From Minisyncoccota bacterium (GTDB taxonomy: Bacteria; Patescibacteriota; Minisyncoccia; Phycocordibacterales; CAJQIN01): a stretch of DNA of 64,000 bases. Below the pieces are notes generated by a model that did not search any database, was not told the origin of the DNA, and saw only the letters and a program-made list of their open reading frames with translations. Location of the stretch: the NCBI GenBank assembly GCA_905478465.1, contig CAJQIN010000002.1, positions 88,312-152,311 on the forward strand, given 5' to 3'. Of the stretch, positions 39,861-48,608 are shown in pieces. Position 1 is the stretch's first letter. The number at the start of each line of letters is the position of its first letter. Position numbers and translations under genes: made by a program.

Positions 39861-39995
39861 TTAAACAGTAAGTTTTTTTCGTCCTTTTTGACGACGACGT
39901 CGTACAATGTTTTGACCACTTGTTGTTTGCTTTCGTACCAAAAAACCATGGCTACGTGCTCGTTTTCTTTTTTTTGGTTGATATGTTTGTGACAT
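39861..39995 (-). CDS. rpmH: 50S ribosomal protein L34 (missing from the ORF track)
   Basis: Manual translation [44 protein letters not shown]. Confidence 0.97.
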   Translation of the reverse strand: MSQTYQPKKRKRARSHGFLVRKQTTSGQNIVRRRRQKGRKKLTV

Positions 39996-40151
39996 AAGTT
40001 TGATGATTATAAGGTGTATTCTCTAAATACGCAAGCTTTTAAATGAATATATCCTTTTTGCAATCAACAGTTTATACACACCTTATTAACACACTCCTGC
40101 TTTTGTTTCAAGTGTTCTATATCTCATTACAAGATATAATGTTTGTTAATT

Positions 40152-41501
40152 ATGAATGAAAAACAACTTTGGGATAAAGTATTGGTAGAGGTGGAGCTTA
40201 GTATTTCTAAACCAAACTTCAATACTTGGTTTAAAGATACATTCATCTCAAAAATTGACGGGGGAATGGTACATGTAGGTATTCCAAATGCTTTTGCACG
40301 TGAATGGCTTTCAACTAAATACCATAGCTTCTTGTTAAAAACTCTTCGCACACTCTCATCCGAGGTTAGGGGAATTGAATATTGTGTATCAAAACTAAAC
40401 CCACACCAGAAACAAGAGGCAGAAATTCATACAAATAACACTGAATCCAAAAACACCCTGCCTCTAGAAGAACACTATGTAAATAAAGAGAATAACCTTA
40501 ATCCACGATACACATTCGACACTTTTATTGTTGGACCATTTAATGAACTTGCTCACGCTGCAGCTCAAGCCATTGTGGAACGTCCTGGTATTGTCTACAA
40601 CCCTTTATTTATTTATGGAAATACCGGACATGGAAAAACCCACCTCATACAATCGATAGGGAACCAAATAAAAAAAGTTTTCGACAAGAAACAAGTATTC
40701 TATGTAACCTCTGAAAAATTTGCTCTCGACTACATAAACTCTGTCCAAACAGGAAAGGTAAATAATTTTAAAGAAAAATATCGAAAATATGACGTCCTCA
40801 TCATGGATGATATTCAATTTTTCGCAGGAAAAGAAAAATCTCAAGAAGAATTATTCCATCTTTTCAACTATCTCTACGACAATAACAAGCAAATTATCTT
40901 TTCTTCAGATAAACACCCTAATTACATAAACAATCTAGAAGAAAGACTTAAATCACGCTTTGGAGCGGGTATGATTGTTGATATTCCTACACCAGACCTT
41001 GAGTCTCGTGTGGCTATTCTAAAAAAGAAAGCTCTTGCAAGTAATATCATCCTCAAAGATGAGGTTATACAATTCCTTGCAAGTAATATCACCACAAACA
41101 TTCGAGAATTAGAGGGTGTTCTAAACACTCTGTCCTGCCAAACAGACCTCAAACAAAGAGATCTCAATATAAATGAGATTAAATTCCTCATTAAAGACAA
41201 TACCCAAAGACCAAAAACAAAATCTCCACAAGAAGTTGTTAAACTTATCTCTGATTATTACAACGTAGAGGAATCTGTTATCTATGAAAAAACTCGTCGA
41301 AAGGAAATCATTAAACCCCGACAAATTATCATGTATATTCTTCGTGAAGATTTCAACATCTCATACCCATCGATAGGGCAGAAGCTGGGGGGTCGTGATC
41401 ACACAACAGTTATCCACTCTTGTGAGAAAATAAAGCTCGAAGTTCAGAAGGATGATGTGTTGGCACAGGAGATAAATCAGATACGTTCGATGTTGGTATA
41501 A
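40152..41501 (+). CDS. dnaA: Chromosomal replication initiator
   Basis: YNPLFIYGNTGHGKTHL, DDIQF, SRF, NIRELEG, GGRDHTTV. Confidence 0.99.
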   Translation: MNEKQLWDKVLVEVELSISKPNFNTWFKDTFISKIDGGMVHVGIPNAFAREWLSTKYHSFLLKTLRTLSSEVRGIEYCVSKLNPHQKQEAEIHTNNTESKNTLPLEEHYVNKENNLNPRYTFDTFIVGPFNELAHAAAQAIVERPGIVYNPLFIYGNTGHGKTHLIQSIGNQIKKVFDKKQVFYVTSEKFALDYINSVQTGKVNNFKEKYRKYDVLIMDDIQFFAGKEKSQEELFHLFNYLYDNNKQIIFSSDKHPNYINNLEERLKSRFGAGMIVDIPTPDLESRVAILKKKALASNIILKDEVIQFLASNITTNIRELEGVLNTLSCQTDLKQRDLNINEIKFLIKDNTQRPKTKSPQEVVKLISDYYNVEESVIYEKTRRKEIIKPRQIIMYILREDFNISYPSIGQKLGGRDHTTVIHSCEKIKLEVQKDDVLAQEINQIRSMLV

Positions 41502-41704
41502 GATGTGGATAGGGTTGGGGATAGAGTTGGATAAAAAACAGTTAATACAAAAGTTATCCACAAACAAAAGACTTATCCACAATTCATAAGAATTTATTTT
41601 CCCGAGAAACATTACAAACAAAAGACATTCTTAAGAAATCCACATATACACAGGTATAATAATAGAAGTAAGTATTTTAATAAGAATATAAATAATAACT
41701 ACAT
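41502..41704. other. Probable oriC (DnaA boxes plus AT-rich unwinding element)
   Basis: TGTGGATAG 41504, TGGGGATAG 41516, TTATCCACA 41554 and 41573, AAATCCACA 41636; AT-rich tract with ATA repeats 41656-41704; another box TTATACACA at 40072 upstream of dnaA. Confidence 0.85.
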
Positions 41705-42802
41705 ATGAAAGTAGAGTGTGTAAAAGAAAAAATACAAGAAGCTGTTTCGAAAGCAGAAAAGGTAACGGGGAAACATCTAACCCTGCCAATTCTTTCGTAC
41801 ATCATTTTTGAAGCAACAAAAGAAAGTTTGATTATCAAAGCAACAAACCTTGATGTTGGAGTTGAGATCAATGTTCCATGTAAAGTTTTCGAAGAGGGTG
41901 TTGTGGCTGTACCCGGATCAGTATTTAGTTCTCTTCTTTCAAATCTAACAAATCAGAAGGTTGTTCTGGAAACACAAGAACAAACACTTTTAGTTTCAAC
42001 CGAAACAAGCTCCACAACAATCAAAACGGTACCTCATGACGACTTTCCTAGTATACCGAAGTCATCAAGTCAGGAATCTTTTTCCGTGCACTCAGAGTCA
42101 TTTATCGAGGGAATCAAATCTGTTTGGTATGCAGCAGCTGTTTCAAGTATGAAACCAGAATTATCTAGTGTTTTTGTAACTCACAATGAAGATAATATTA
42201 TTTTTGTAGGAACAGATTCATTCCGTTTGGCAGAAAGACATATTCGAGTAAAAAAAATAAAAGATTTTCCTAACATTCTCATCCCGGTAAAAAATATTCC
42301 AGACATTATTAAAATACTCGAAGGTATTTCTGAAGATGTTGAATTGTATATAGCAGAAGATCAGATGTTGATTAAAACACAAGATATAGAGCTAGTATCC
42401 CGTCTTGTTGACGGATCTTTTCCTGATTACAAACAAATTATCCCTGCAGAAAAAACCACATCAGTGACTGTTTTGAAGAAGGATTTATTGCATGGTCTAA
42501 AAACTGCAAATATTTTCTCAAACAAATTCAATCAAATACACTTGATGGTTAATCCTGAAGCAAAAATATTTTCTTGTGATACGCAAAATACTGATGTGGG
42601 AGAAAACACTACACACATAGACGCTGTATTGAAAGGGGATACTGTAGAATTGAATTTTAATTATAAATATATTGTTGATTGTTTTCAGTCAGTAGATGGG
42701 GATTCTGTAGCATTAGATTTTAATGGGTCTAATAAGCCGGTGGTGATTCGTGATATTTCAAACCCATTGTTCTTGTATTTGGTTATGCCTATGTCTCGTT
42801 AA
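41705..42802 (+). CDS. dnaN: DNA polymerase III beta sliding clamp
   Basis: ATNLD, GTDSFRLA, SRLVDGSFPDY, LVMPM. Confidence 0.98.
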   Translation: MKVECVKEKIQEAVSKAEKVTGKHLTLPILSYIIFEATKESLIIKATNLDVGVEINVPCKVFEEGVVAVPGSVFSSLLSNLTNQKVVLETQEQTLLVSTETSSTTIKTVPHDDFPSIPKSSSQESFSVHSESFIEGIKSVWYAAAVSSMKPELSSVFVTHNEDNIIFVGTDSFRLAERHIRVKKIKDFPNILIPVKNIPDIIKILEGISEDVELYIAEDQMLIKTQDIELVSRLVDGSFPDYKQIIPAEKTTSVTVLKKDLLHGLKTANIFSNKFNQIHLMVNPEAKIFSCDTQNTDVGENTTHIDAVLKGDTVELNFNYKYIVDCFQSVDGDSVALDFNGSNKPVVIRDISNPLFLYLVMPMSR

Positions 42803-42809
42803 AAACACT

Positions 42810-43067
42810 ATGGATAATCTCTCTGGATTTTTTTCAAAGTTTACACATATTCTTGAACAAAAGAATATCGAGGAGCAGGCTGTGATTGACGGGGTCAAAG
42901 AATTTACCGGATATGTATTAGAAAAATCTTCAATAAAGATTAAAGATGGTGTGTTGTCTCTTGGGGTGAATAGTGCGATAAAGACACAAATTTTTTTTAA
43001 ACGTGTGGAGTTTATTTCTTATGTTAACAAGAAGTGTGATAAAGAAATTATTCGAGAGGTGCGGTAG
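42810..43067 (+). CDS. DciA/DUF721-like small protein
   Basis: IKDGVL.L.VNSAIKTQI; position right after dnaN. Confidence 0.6.
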   Translation: MDNLSGFFSKFTHILEQKNIEEQAVIDGVKEFTGYVLEKSSIKIKDGVLSLGVNSAIKTQIFFKRVEFISYVNKKCDKEIIREVR

Positions 43068-43076
43068 GGGTTTTAT

Positions 43077-43400
43077 TTAGCAACTTGTTTTGTAAATTTG
43101 CCTCCAGTTTAAAGTTCTGAACTCGTCCAGTAAGGGGAGCCAGTTTGGACGGTCCGAGTAATTCTCGGGCCGTTCTGCATTCTGAGTTTTCATTTTTACG
43201 GCTAAAGCAAAGGGTTTATTGTATGAATAACTTACTTTTTTATTCTCCAAGAAGTCATCCCGGGTCTTCCAGCTACTTAAATGACTTGGATGCAATTTAT
43301 ATTTTTTAGCAAACGCTTTTGCTGTAGAAATCTTAATCTCATCTCTTTCTTTTGATGTCATCACAGACCATTCAATAAACGCTTTAAAAACATCTGTCAT
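43077..43400 (-). pseudogene. Chimeric relic: HTH-like N-part fused to the C-terminal tail of a large serine recombinase
   Basis: FAKKYKLHPSHLSSWK HTH-like segment, then YNKPF...WLPLLDEFRT tail; no catalytic domain. Confidence 0.5.
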
Positions 43401-43945
43401 TTTAGGACCACATTTCTTTCGGCTTTTTTGGTTACCCCCCAGCAGAATTAACATTTTGTTTACCTTGTTCTTGTGTCATATGCGTTATTTACTCACTTTT
43501 TGAGCACGCTTAAGTGTTAATTTGTTTTCTTGTATGGTTCGAAACCTATTATCATCCCTTCTTTTCAAATCATTATTAATCTTCGAACCTACTTGAGACG
43601 TCTTTATGTCGACCAGCATCTTGAAAAAGCCCAAAAGGTTTTGGTCCACTGTATTTATTGGAGTTTTCGCACATTTGGCTCTTGTCATAGATAACAAAAA
43701 AGACGCCTCGTAATGTGCGTAATCGGTTTGAGTGAGAAACCTACACGCGCACCACGTCTGCGTCCTTTCGGAGCCAGCCCAGCATTACTACCTCTCTATG
43801 CTGGGATCTGTACGTTAGTTGTAATTTAATAATGTCAATTTTTCATAAAAATTGCAATACTTACTTATAAACATGTTAAACCTTGTTACTGAGACCTATT
43901 AATGTAATGCCTTGTTGGGCAGAAAATGCTAAAATGGCCTTACTT

Positions 43946-44542
43946 ATGTCTACATTACATTGGTACCAAACAAAAACACTTCCATCCAAAAGTTACACCT
44001 GTGGTCACTGCGGTAATCAACTTGCGTCTAATGTTGGCTTCCAGGGAAGTGCCCAGGAGGATGGTGGTGGGCGGCCTGATCGTTACATTTATATTTGTCA
44101 TCACTGCTTTAAGCCAACCTACTTCTCTCCAAAAGCAGAGCAGGTCCCCGGCTCTAGACCAGGAGAAGATATTTCTGGCATAGATGAGGTCGGAGTTGAA
44201 ACTTTATATAAAGAAGCGAGAGACGCATATTCAAAGAACGCCTTTACCGCGACAGTTCTCTCTTGTAGAAAATTACTTATGCATATAGCGGTTTCAAAGG
44301 GGGCAAAACCTAATCAAAAGTTCATAGTTTATGTTAAATATCTTTCAGATAATAATTTTGTTCCGCCGGGAGCCAAAGATTGGGTTGATCATATTAGAGA
44401 AAAAGGTAATGAAGCAAATCATGAGATTGTGGTCATGACCAAAGAGGAAGCCGATGATTTATTGGCATTTGTAAGCATGCTTCTAAAGTTAGTATACGAG
44501 TTCCCAAGTAAGATGAAAAAAAAGGATCAACCTGAGAATTAA
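43946..44542 (+). CDS. Zn-ribbon plus DUF4145 (HEPN-like) protein
   Basis: CGHC/CHHC; LY.EAR..Y, CRKLL, REKGNEANH motif. Confidence 0.85.
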   Translation: MSTLHWYQTKTLPSKSYTCGHCGNQLASNVGFQGSAQEDGGGRPDRYIYICHHCFKPTYFSPKAEQVPGSRPGEDISGIDEVGVETLYKEARDAYSKNAFTATVLSCRKLLMHIAVSKGAKPNQKFIVYVKYLSDNNFVPPGAKDWVDHIREKGNEANHEIVVMTKEEADDLLAFVSMLLKLVYEFPSKMKKKDQPEN

Positions 44543-44552
44543 GGCAAATAAC

Positions 44553-44900
44553 ATGTCAGACATTAATAAACTTATCAAAAGAATAGCTGACTTTAGGGAC
44601 GCAAGGGATTGGAAACAATTCCATAACCCCAAGGATTGTGCGATTTCTCTGTCTCTTGAAGCATCGGAAGTGCTTGAACATTTTCAGTGGAAGAGCTCTG
44701 AAGAAATAAAAGAATATGTAGAAAGCAACAAGGGAGAGATCTCCGAGGAACTTGCTGATGTTTTGTATTGGGTTCTTTTAATGTCTAACGATCTGGATGT
44801 AGATATCGCTGATGCTTTTGAAAAGAAGATGAAGAAGAATGAAGATAAATACCCAATAGAAAAAGCAAAAGGTCGTCACGCTAAATACACAGAATTATGA
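44553..44900 (+). CDS. MazG-like nucleotide pyrophosphohydrolase (dCTPase-like)
   Basis: FRDARDWKQFHNPKD.A.S..LEASE.LE.FQW, EELADV, KM.KN..KYP. Confidence 0.92.
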   Translation: MSDINKLIKRIADFRDARDWKQFHNPKDCAISLSLEASEVLEHFQWKSSEEIKEYVESNKGEISEELADVLYWVLLMSNDLDVDIADAFEKKMKKNEDKYPIEKAKGRHAKYTEL

Positions 44901-45895
44901 GTAATGTATGGCGATTTACAGGCCCACCTGAAAACTGGATCACAGCTTTTGGAATAAACAACTGGGCACTAAACGAAAACAATAAATCACTCTGGGAGAA
45001 TAAGATAAAACCAGGAGACACGGTAATTTTCCATTCAACAAAGAAGTCAGAGTTCTCAAACAAAACTCAATCAGTTGTAATCGGTTTTGGTTATGTAGGA
45101 AAACCTTTGTATGAGAAGGATGAGCTTTGGTGGCTTCAAGAAGTTAGAGATAATAAAAACTACTGGCCATACGTGGTTCCACTAAAAGAAGTTTATTTAT
45201 TTTCAGATGTTGAAGATATAGATTTCGATACTCCAATACAAGATAAGAGTGAAGAACAGATTACTAGCGAAATAGATACCCTAATTAAGAAAGGCGTTCT
45301 CATCTCTTCATTAAACGAACAGGCACAAAAACAAGACCCATCAGTACCCCAATTCCCAGTCAATGGTTCTGCTTCAGGTATTAATATAATTTATGAAGAT
45401 CTAATCCTTGAACAGGACCGGGACTTTATAGCCAAATCAGAAACTCAAGACACGGAAATACTTGAAAAGAAGCTTGCTGAAAGTTATGACGAAAAATTAG
45501 CATATCTCAGTAAAGAAGAAGTCCTTGATCAAGCTAAAACCTTTGATAACAGTGCTGATGAAGCATATATCGTTAAGTACGGTAAGAAGTGTGTACGCAA
45601 AGAAAACCAAGCCCAGAAGCGTCGTGTGGCCCATATAGAGGACTACACATGTCAGGTTTGCGGTTTTAAGTCTGAATATACTAGAACTAATGGAAAGAAA
45701 GGTTGGATAATTGACATAGACCATATTAAAGAAAAATCTGAAGGTGGTAACGAAAACATGGATAACCTTTGGGCCTTATGTCCTAATTGTCATGCAAAGA
45801 AAACAAGAGGAGTAATCACTGTAGATCTTGAAGCTAAGAAAGTTTACGAAGATAACAAAGAGGTCGAAATTAGAGATAATCATTTGTTCACATGA
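44897..45895 (+). CDS. EVE/PUA-like plus HNH endonuclease
   Basis: N-terminal ENW...WA...W..IKPGD.VIF; C-terminal CQVC...DH....GG....NL..LCPNCH. Confidence 0.8.
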   Translation: MSNVWRFTGPPENWITAFGINNWALNENNKSLWENKIKPGDTVIFHSTKKSEFSNKTQSVVIGFGYVGKPLYEKDELWWLQEVRDNKNYWPYVVPLKEVYLFSDVEDIDFDTPIQDKSEEQITSEIDTLIKKGVLISSLNEQAQKQDPSVPQFPVNGSASGINIIYEDLILEQDRDFIAKSETQDTEILEKKLAESYDEKLAYLSKEEVLDQAKTFDNSADEAYIVKYGKKCVRKENQAQKRRVAHIEDYTCQVCGFKSEYTRTNGKKGWIIDIDHIKEKSEGGNENMDNLWALCPNCHAKKTRGVITVDLEAKKVYEDNKEVEIRDNHLFT

Positions 45896-47190
45896 AAACG
45901 GAACTAACTAACAAAGCAGTTAATAGGTTGTATAAATACAGAGCAAACATCGATTTGGAACCACAGTTTCAAAGACAAAAAGTCTGGTCTACTAAAAAAC
46001 AGCAGTATTTTATAGATACTATTTTAAAAAAATGGGGCGTGCCTAAAATGTATTTCCTTTTTCTTAGTAAAAAAGGTGCCGCTACAAACTTGTATGCTTG
46101 TATTGATGGAAAACAAAGGTTAACTGCAATATATAATTTTTTAGGAGATGAAATAGTTTTAAATAAAGAATATAGCGGCATACATGGTGGTAAAAAATAC
46201 AGTGAGTTACCTGAAAAGATACAGGACCAATTTGATGCGTACGAAATAGATATAGAAGAAGTTTCAGAAGCAACAAACGAAGAAATATCGGAATTGTTCA
46301 AAAGATTACAAGGGGGAACCCCGCTTAATTCAGGAGAAAAGTTAATGGCTACCGGTGGTGATCTTTGCAAAAAAATAAAAACTTTTTCTGCACATAAGTT
46401 TCTTAAGGAAAAAATACTATTGTCAGATACTCGATACACATATTTCACCATATGTGCCCAGTTAGCATACTTGGAAACTCACGGGATATCTAACCTGAGC
46501 TTTACTCAATTAGAAAGCTTTCTAAAACATAATAAAAATAATGCTACAGCTGGCTTTGAGCTTAAAAGTAAGTTGAAGAAAATTAAAGAGGTCCTAGATA
46601 CTCTTAAGGTGATTTTTGAAGAAGCTCCAACCTATTTTAAAAACAGGGCTTCTGTTGTATCTACTTACCTTTTAGTATCTGAGCTTATAGATAAAGGAAG
46701 TATTAATGATAAGCATGAAGAAATCAAAGCTTTTTTCGACAGGTTTATGAAAGATTTAGAAGAAGAAATCGAGAAGGGTTCGCAAGCCACAGATGCACAG
46801 CTCATAAGTTATCAATCTTCTGTAACCCAAGGTGCTGACAAACAAAAAAGTATAAAGACAAGACACGAGATACTTATCGATAGATTAATAAAGTTTGATC
46901 CGTCCTTCCACACCTTTTTTAATAAGAACAAAGAGCCAGCGTTGCAGTTCAATGAACTCTACGAAAAGTTTGGGCTTAAATTAGGAAATAGTACAAAAAT
47001 TGATGAGTGGATTTTTGCTCAGAAACCTCGTCTTAAGCGTATTACTTGCGGAAGAAATAGCAATGAAGAAAGTTTACCTACACACATTAGGCATTGTATC
47101 CATCATAAGAAGCATGGAACCTATACAAACTCTGAGCTGAGGAAAGCCATAAAATTACTAGATGAGCTGAAATCAAAACTACCCAAATAA
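45892..47190 (+). CDS. DUF262 (GmrS/ParB-like) protein with HEPN-like C-terminal tail
   Basis: PQFQRQKVW, IDGKQRLTAI, F.RLQ.G.PL; C-terminal LPTHIRHCIHH. Confidence 0.85.
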   Translation: MKTELTNKAVNRLYKYRANIDLEPQFQRQKVWSTKKQQYFIDTILKKWGVPKMYFLFLSKKGAATNLYACIDGKQRLTAIYNFLGDEIVLNKEYSGIHGGKKYSELPEKIQDQFDAYEIDIEEVSEATNEEISELFKRLQGGTPLNSGEKLMATGGDLCKKIKTFSAHKFLKEKILLSDTRYTYFTICAQLAYLETHGISNLSFTQLESFLKHNKNNATAGFELKSKLKKIKEVLDTLKVIFEEAPTYFKNRASVVSTYLLVSELIDKGSINDKHEEIKAFFDRFMKDLEEEIEKGSQATDAQLISYQSSVTQGADKQKSIKTRHEILIDRLIKFDPSFHTFFNKNKEPALQFNELYEKFGLKLGNSTKIDEWIFAQKPRLKRITCGRNSNEESLPTHIRHCIHHKKHGTYTNSELRKAIKLLDELKSKLPK

Positions 47191-47286
47191 TTATTTTGGG
47201 GTGATTAAAAGGTTGGAAGAGTAGAAGTTAAAAGGAGTAGATAATACTACATGGGATTGCTTGGGATAAATTGGTAAAATGAACAC

Positions 47287-48048
47287 ATGTCAGCAATTGC
47301 AAAACTAAACAGAGGGAAAGAACATTTTGCGCGTTTGCGGCAAGTTATTGATGAATATCATGCCTCTACACCCTTCAGTGGAGTGTGTGAGGAAGAGAAA
47401 GAAACGGGTGACCTTGTGTACCGTGTAAAAATAATGAAACCTGTTCCGTCTGAAGAATTAGGACTACTTGTTGGTGACCTCATTCACAATCTACATTCCG
47501 CACTCGACTTGAGAGTTTCTGAGTTGGTTGTGGCAAATGGGAATAAGCCCACAAGAGAACATGCTTTTCCTTTTAGCAGGACCGCCCTAGAAATCCAGAG
47601 CGTCGCTGTTCGATGTTTGGTGGGAGTTTCGCCAGCACACACTCAACTCATTATTGGACTAAATTCCTATCAAGGCGGTAATGACTTACTTTGGGAACTT
47701 CACTATTTAGATATCCTTGATAAGCATCGTCAGTTAATTATCGCTGGCAGTGCCCAACAATCTGTAATAATTGACCCATCAGCGATGCTTAGAAAAATGC
47801 AACCGGAATGGAACATTCCTGAAATACCAGTCGCAATTCGGCCTGCCGAACGAGATTTTCCACTAGTAGATGGCACTGAGCTTTTCCGTGTTAAAAAAGC
47901 GGCCAGAACTGAGGGTGTGGAAGAAAAGGTTGGTTTTCCCTTTGAGATTGCTTACAGTGACGGAAATAATACATATGGTGAAGCGCTTTTACCTAAAATG
48001 GAAGCGATGGTGACTGAGGTTGAGAGAGTACTTACTCAGTTACAGTAA
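47287..48048 (+). CDS. Hypothetical protein with HEPN-like DKHR motif
   Basis: AKL.R..EH, GD.IHNL.SALD, FP, L..LD..DKHR. Confidence 0.65.
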   Translation: MSAIAKLNRGKEHFARLRQVIDEYHASTPFSGVCEEEKETGDLVYRVKIMKPVPSEELGLLVGDLIHNLHSALDLRVSELVVANGNKPTREHAFPFSRTALEIQSVAVRCLVGVSPAHTQLIIGLNSYQGGNDLLWELHYLDILDKHRQLIIAGSAQQSVIIDPSAMLRKMQPEWNIPEIPVAIRPAERDFPLVDGTELFRVKKAARTEGVEEKVGFPFEIAYSDGNNTYGEALLPKMEAMVTEVERVLTQLQ

Positions 48049-48139
48049 TTAAATTAGATAGGAACAAAGACCTGATTGGCGGTGAAATAGGTTCGAAGAG
48101 CAGAAGCTAAGGGGAGCCCTTGTAAAGAAAAGTAAAGTA

Positions 48140-48547
48140 TTATTTTTGCTTTTCTAAATATTCCTGAATCAATTCTATATCTCTCAAATCCTTCTCTCTC
48201 CCTAATTGAGTTTTTGCATTTATCAACATCTCTAAACTCATAAAAGGTATTCCTTCAACATAATTTGCGAGAGGTAGTGCTTCATCAAGCGAATAATTTT
48301 CTTTCATAAAATCTAAAGTTTGCTTAGCTCCAGAAATACCTTGGGGATGTTCTAGTGTGGTTGTATATTTATGGTGACGTTTCCAACCTTCTTCTTTTTC
48401 TAATTTTTCAAACAGTATGGGCGAAACTAGGATATCTATATCACCTGCTTCGCGAATACCTAAAACATCTAGAATTGCACTTCCACAAACCATAAATTCT
48501 CCTTCTGGTAAATTTAATTCTTTAACTCTGGAAATATAATCTGACAT
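48140..48547 (-). CDS. Minimal nucleotidyltransferase-like protein
   Basis: GS.......R...DIDI motif; K..LGREKD..D. Confidence 0.65.
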   Translation of the reverse strand: MSDYISRVKELNLPEGEFMVCGSAILDVLGIREAGDIDILVSPILFEKLEKEEGWKRHHKYTTTLEHPQGISGAKQTLDFMKENYSLDEALPLANYVEGIPFMSLEMLINAKTQLGREKDLRDIELIQEYLEKQK

Positions 48548-48608
48548 ACAATTATTCTATCAAATTAGTTCTTAAGTTCTAATTACACAAAACTCAAAAA
48601 ACAACCTT

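Larger units (their letters stand above)
43131..48118. mobile_element. Degenerate integrative element / defence island bounded by an 11-bp direct repeat
   Basis: TAAGGGGAGCC at 43131-43141 and 48108-48118; cargo of nuclease and HEPN-like genes. Confidence 0.7.

Noticed and set aside
48075-48120. GGTTCGAA...GGGGAGCC as a tRNA gene or tRNA 3' fragment
   Set aside because: The T-stem does not pair, the spacing is too long and there is no cloverleaf upstream; treated as an att-like motif instead.
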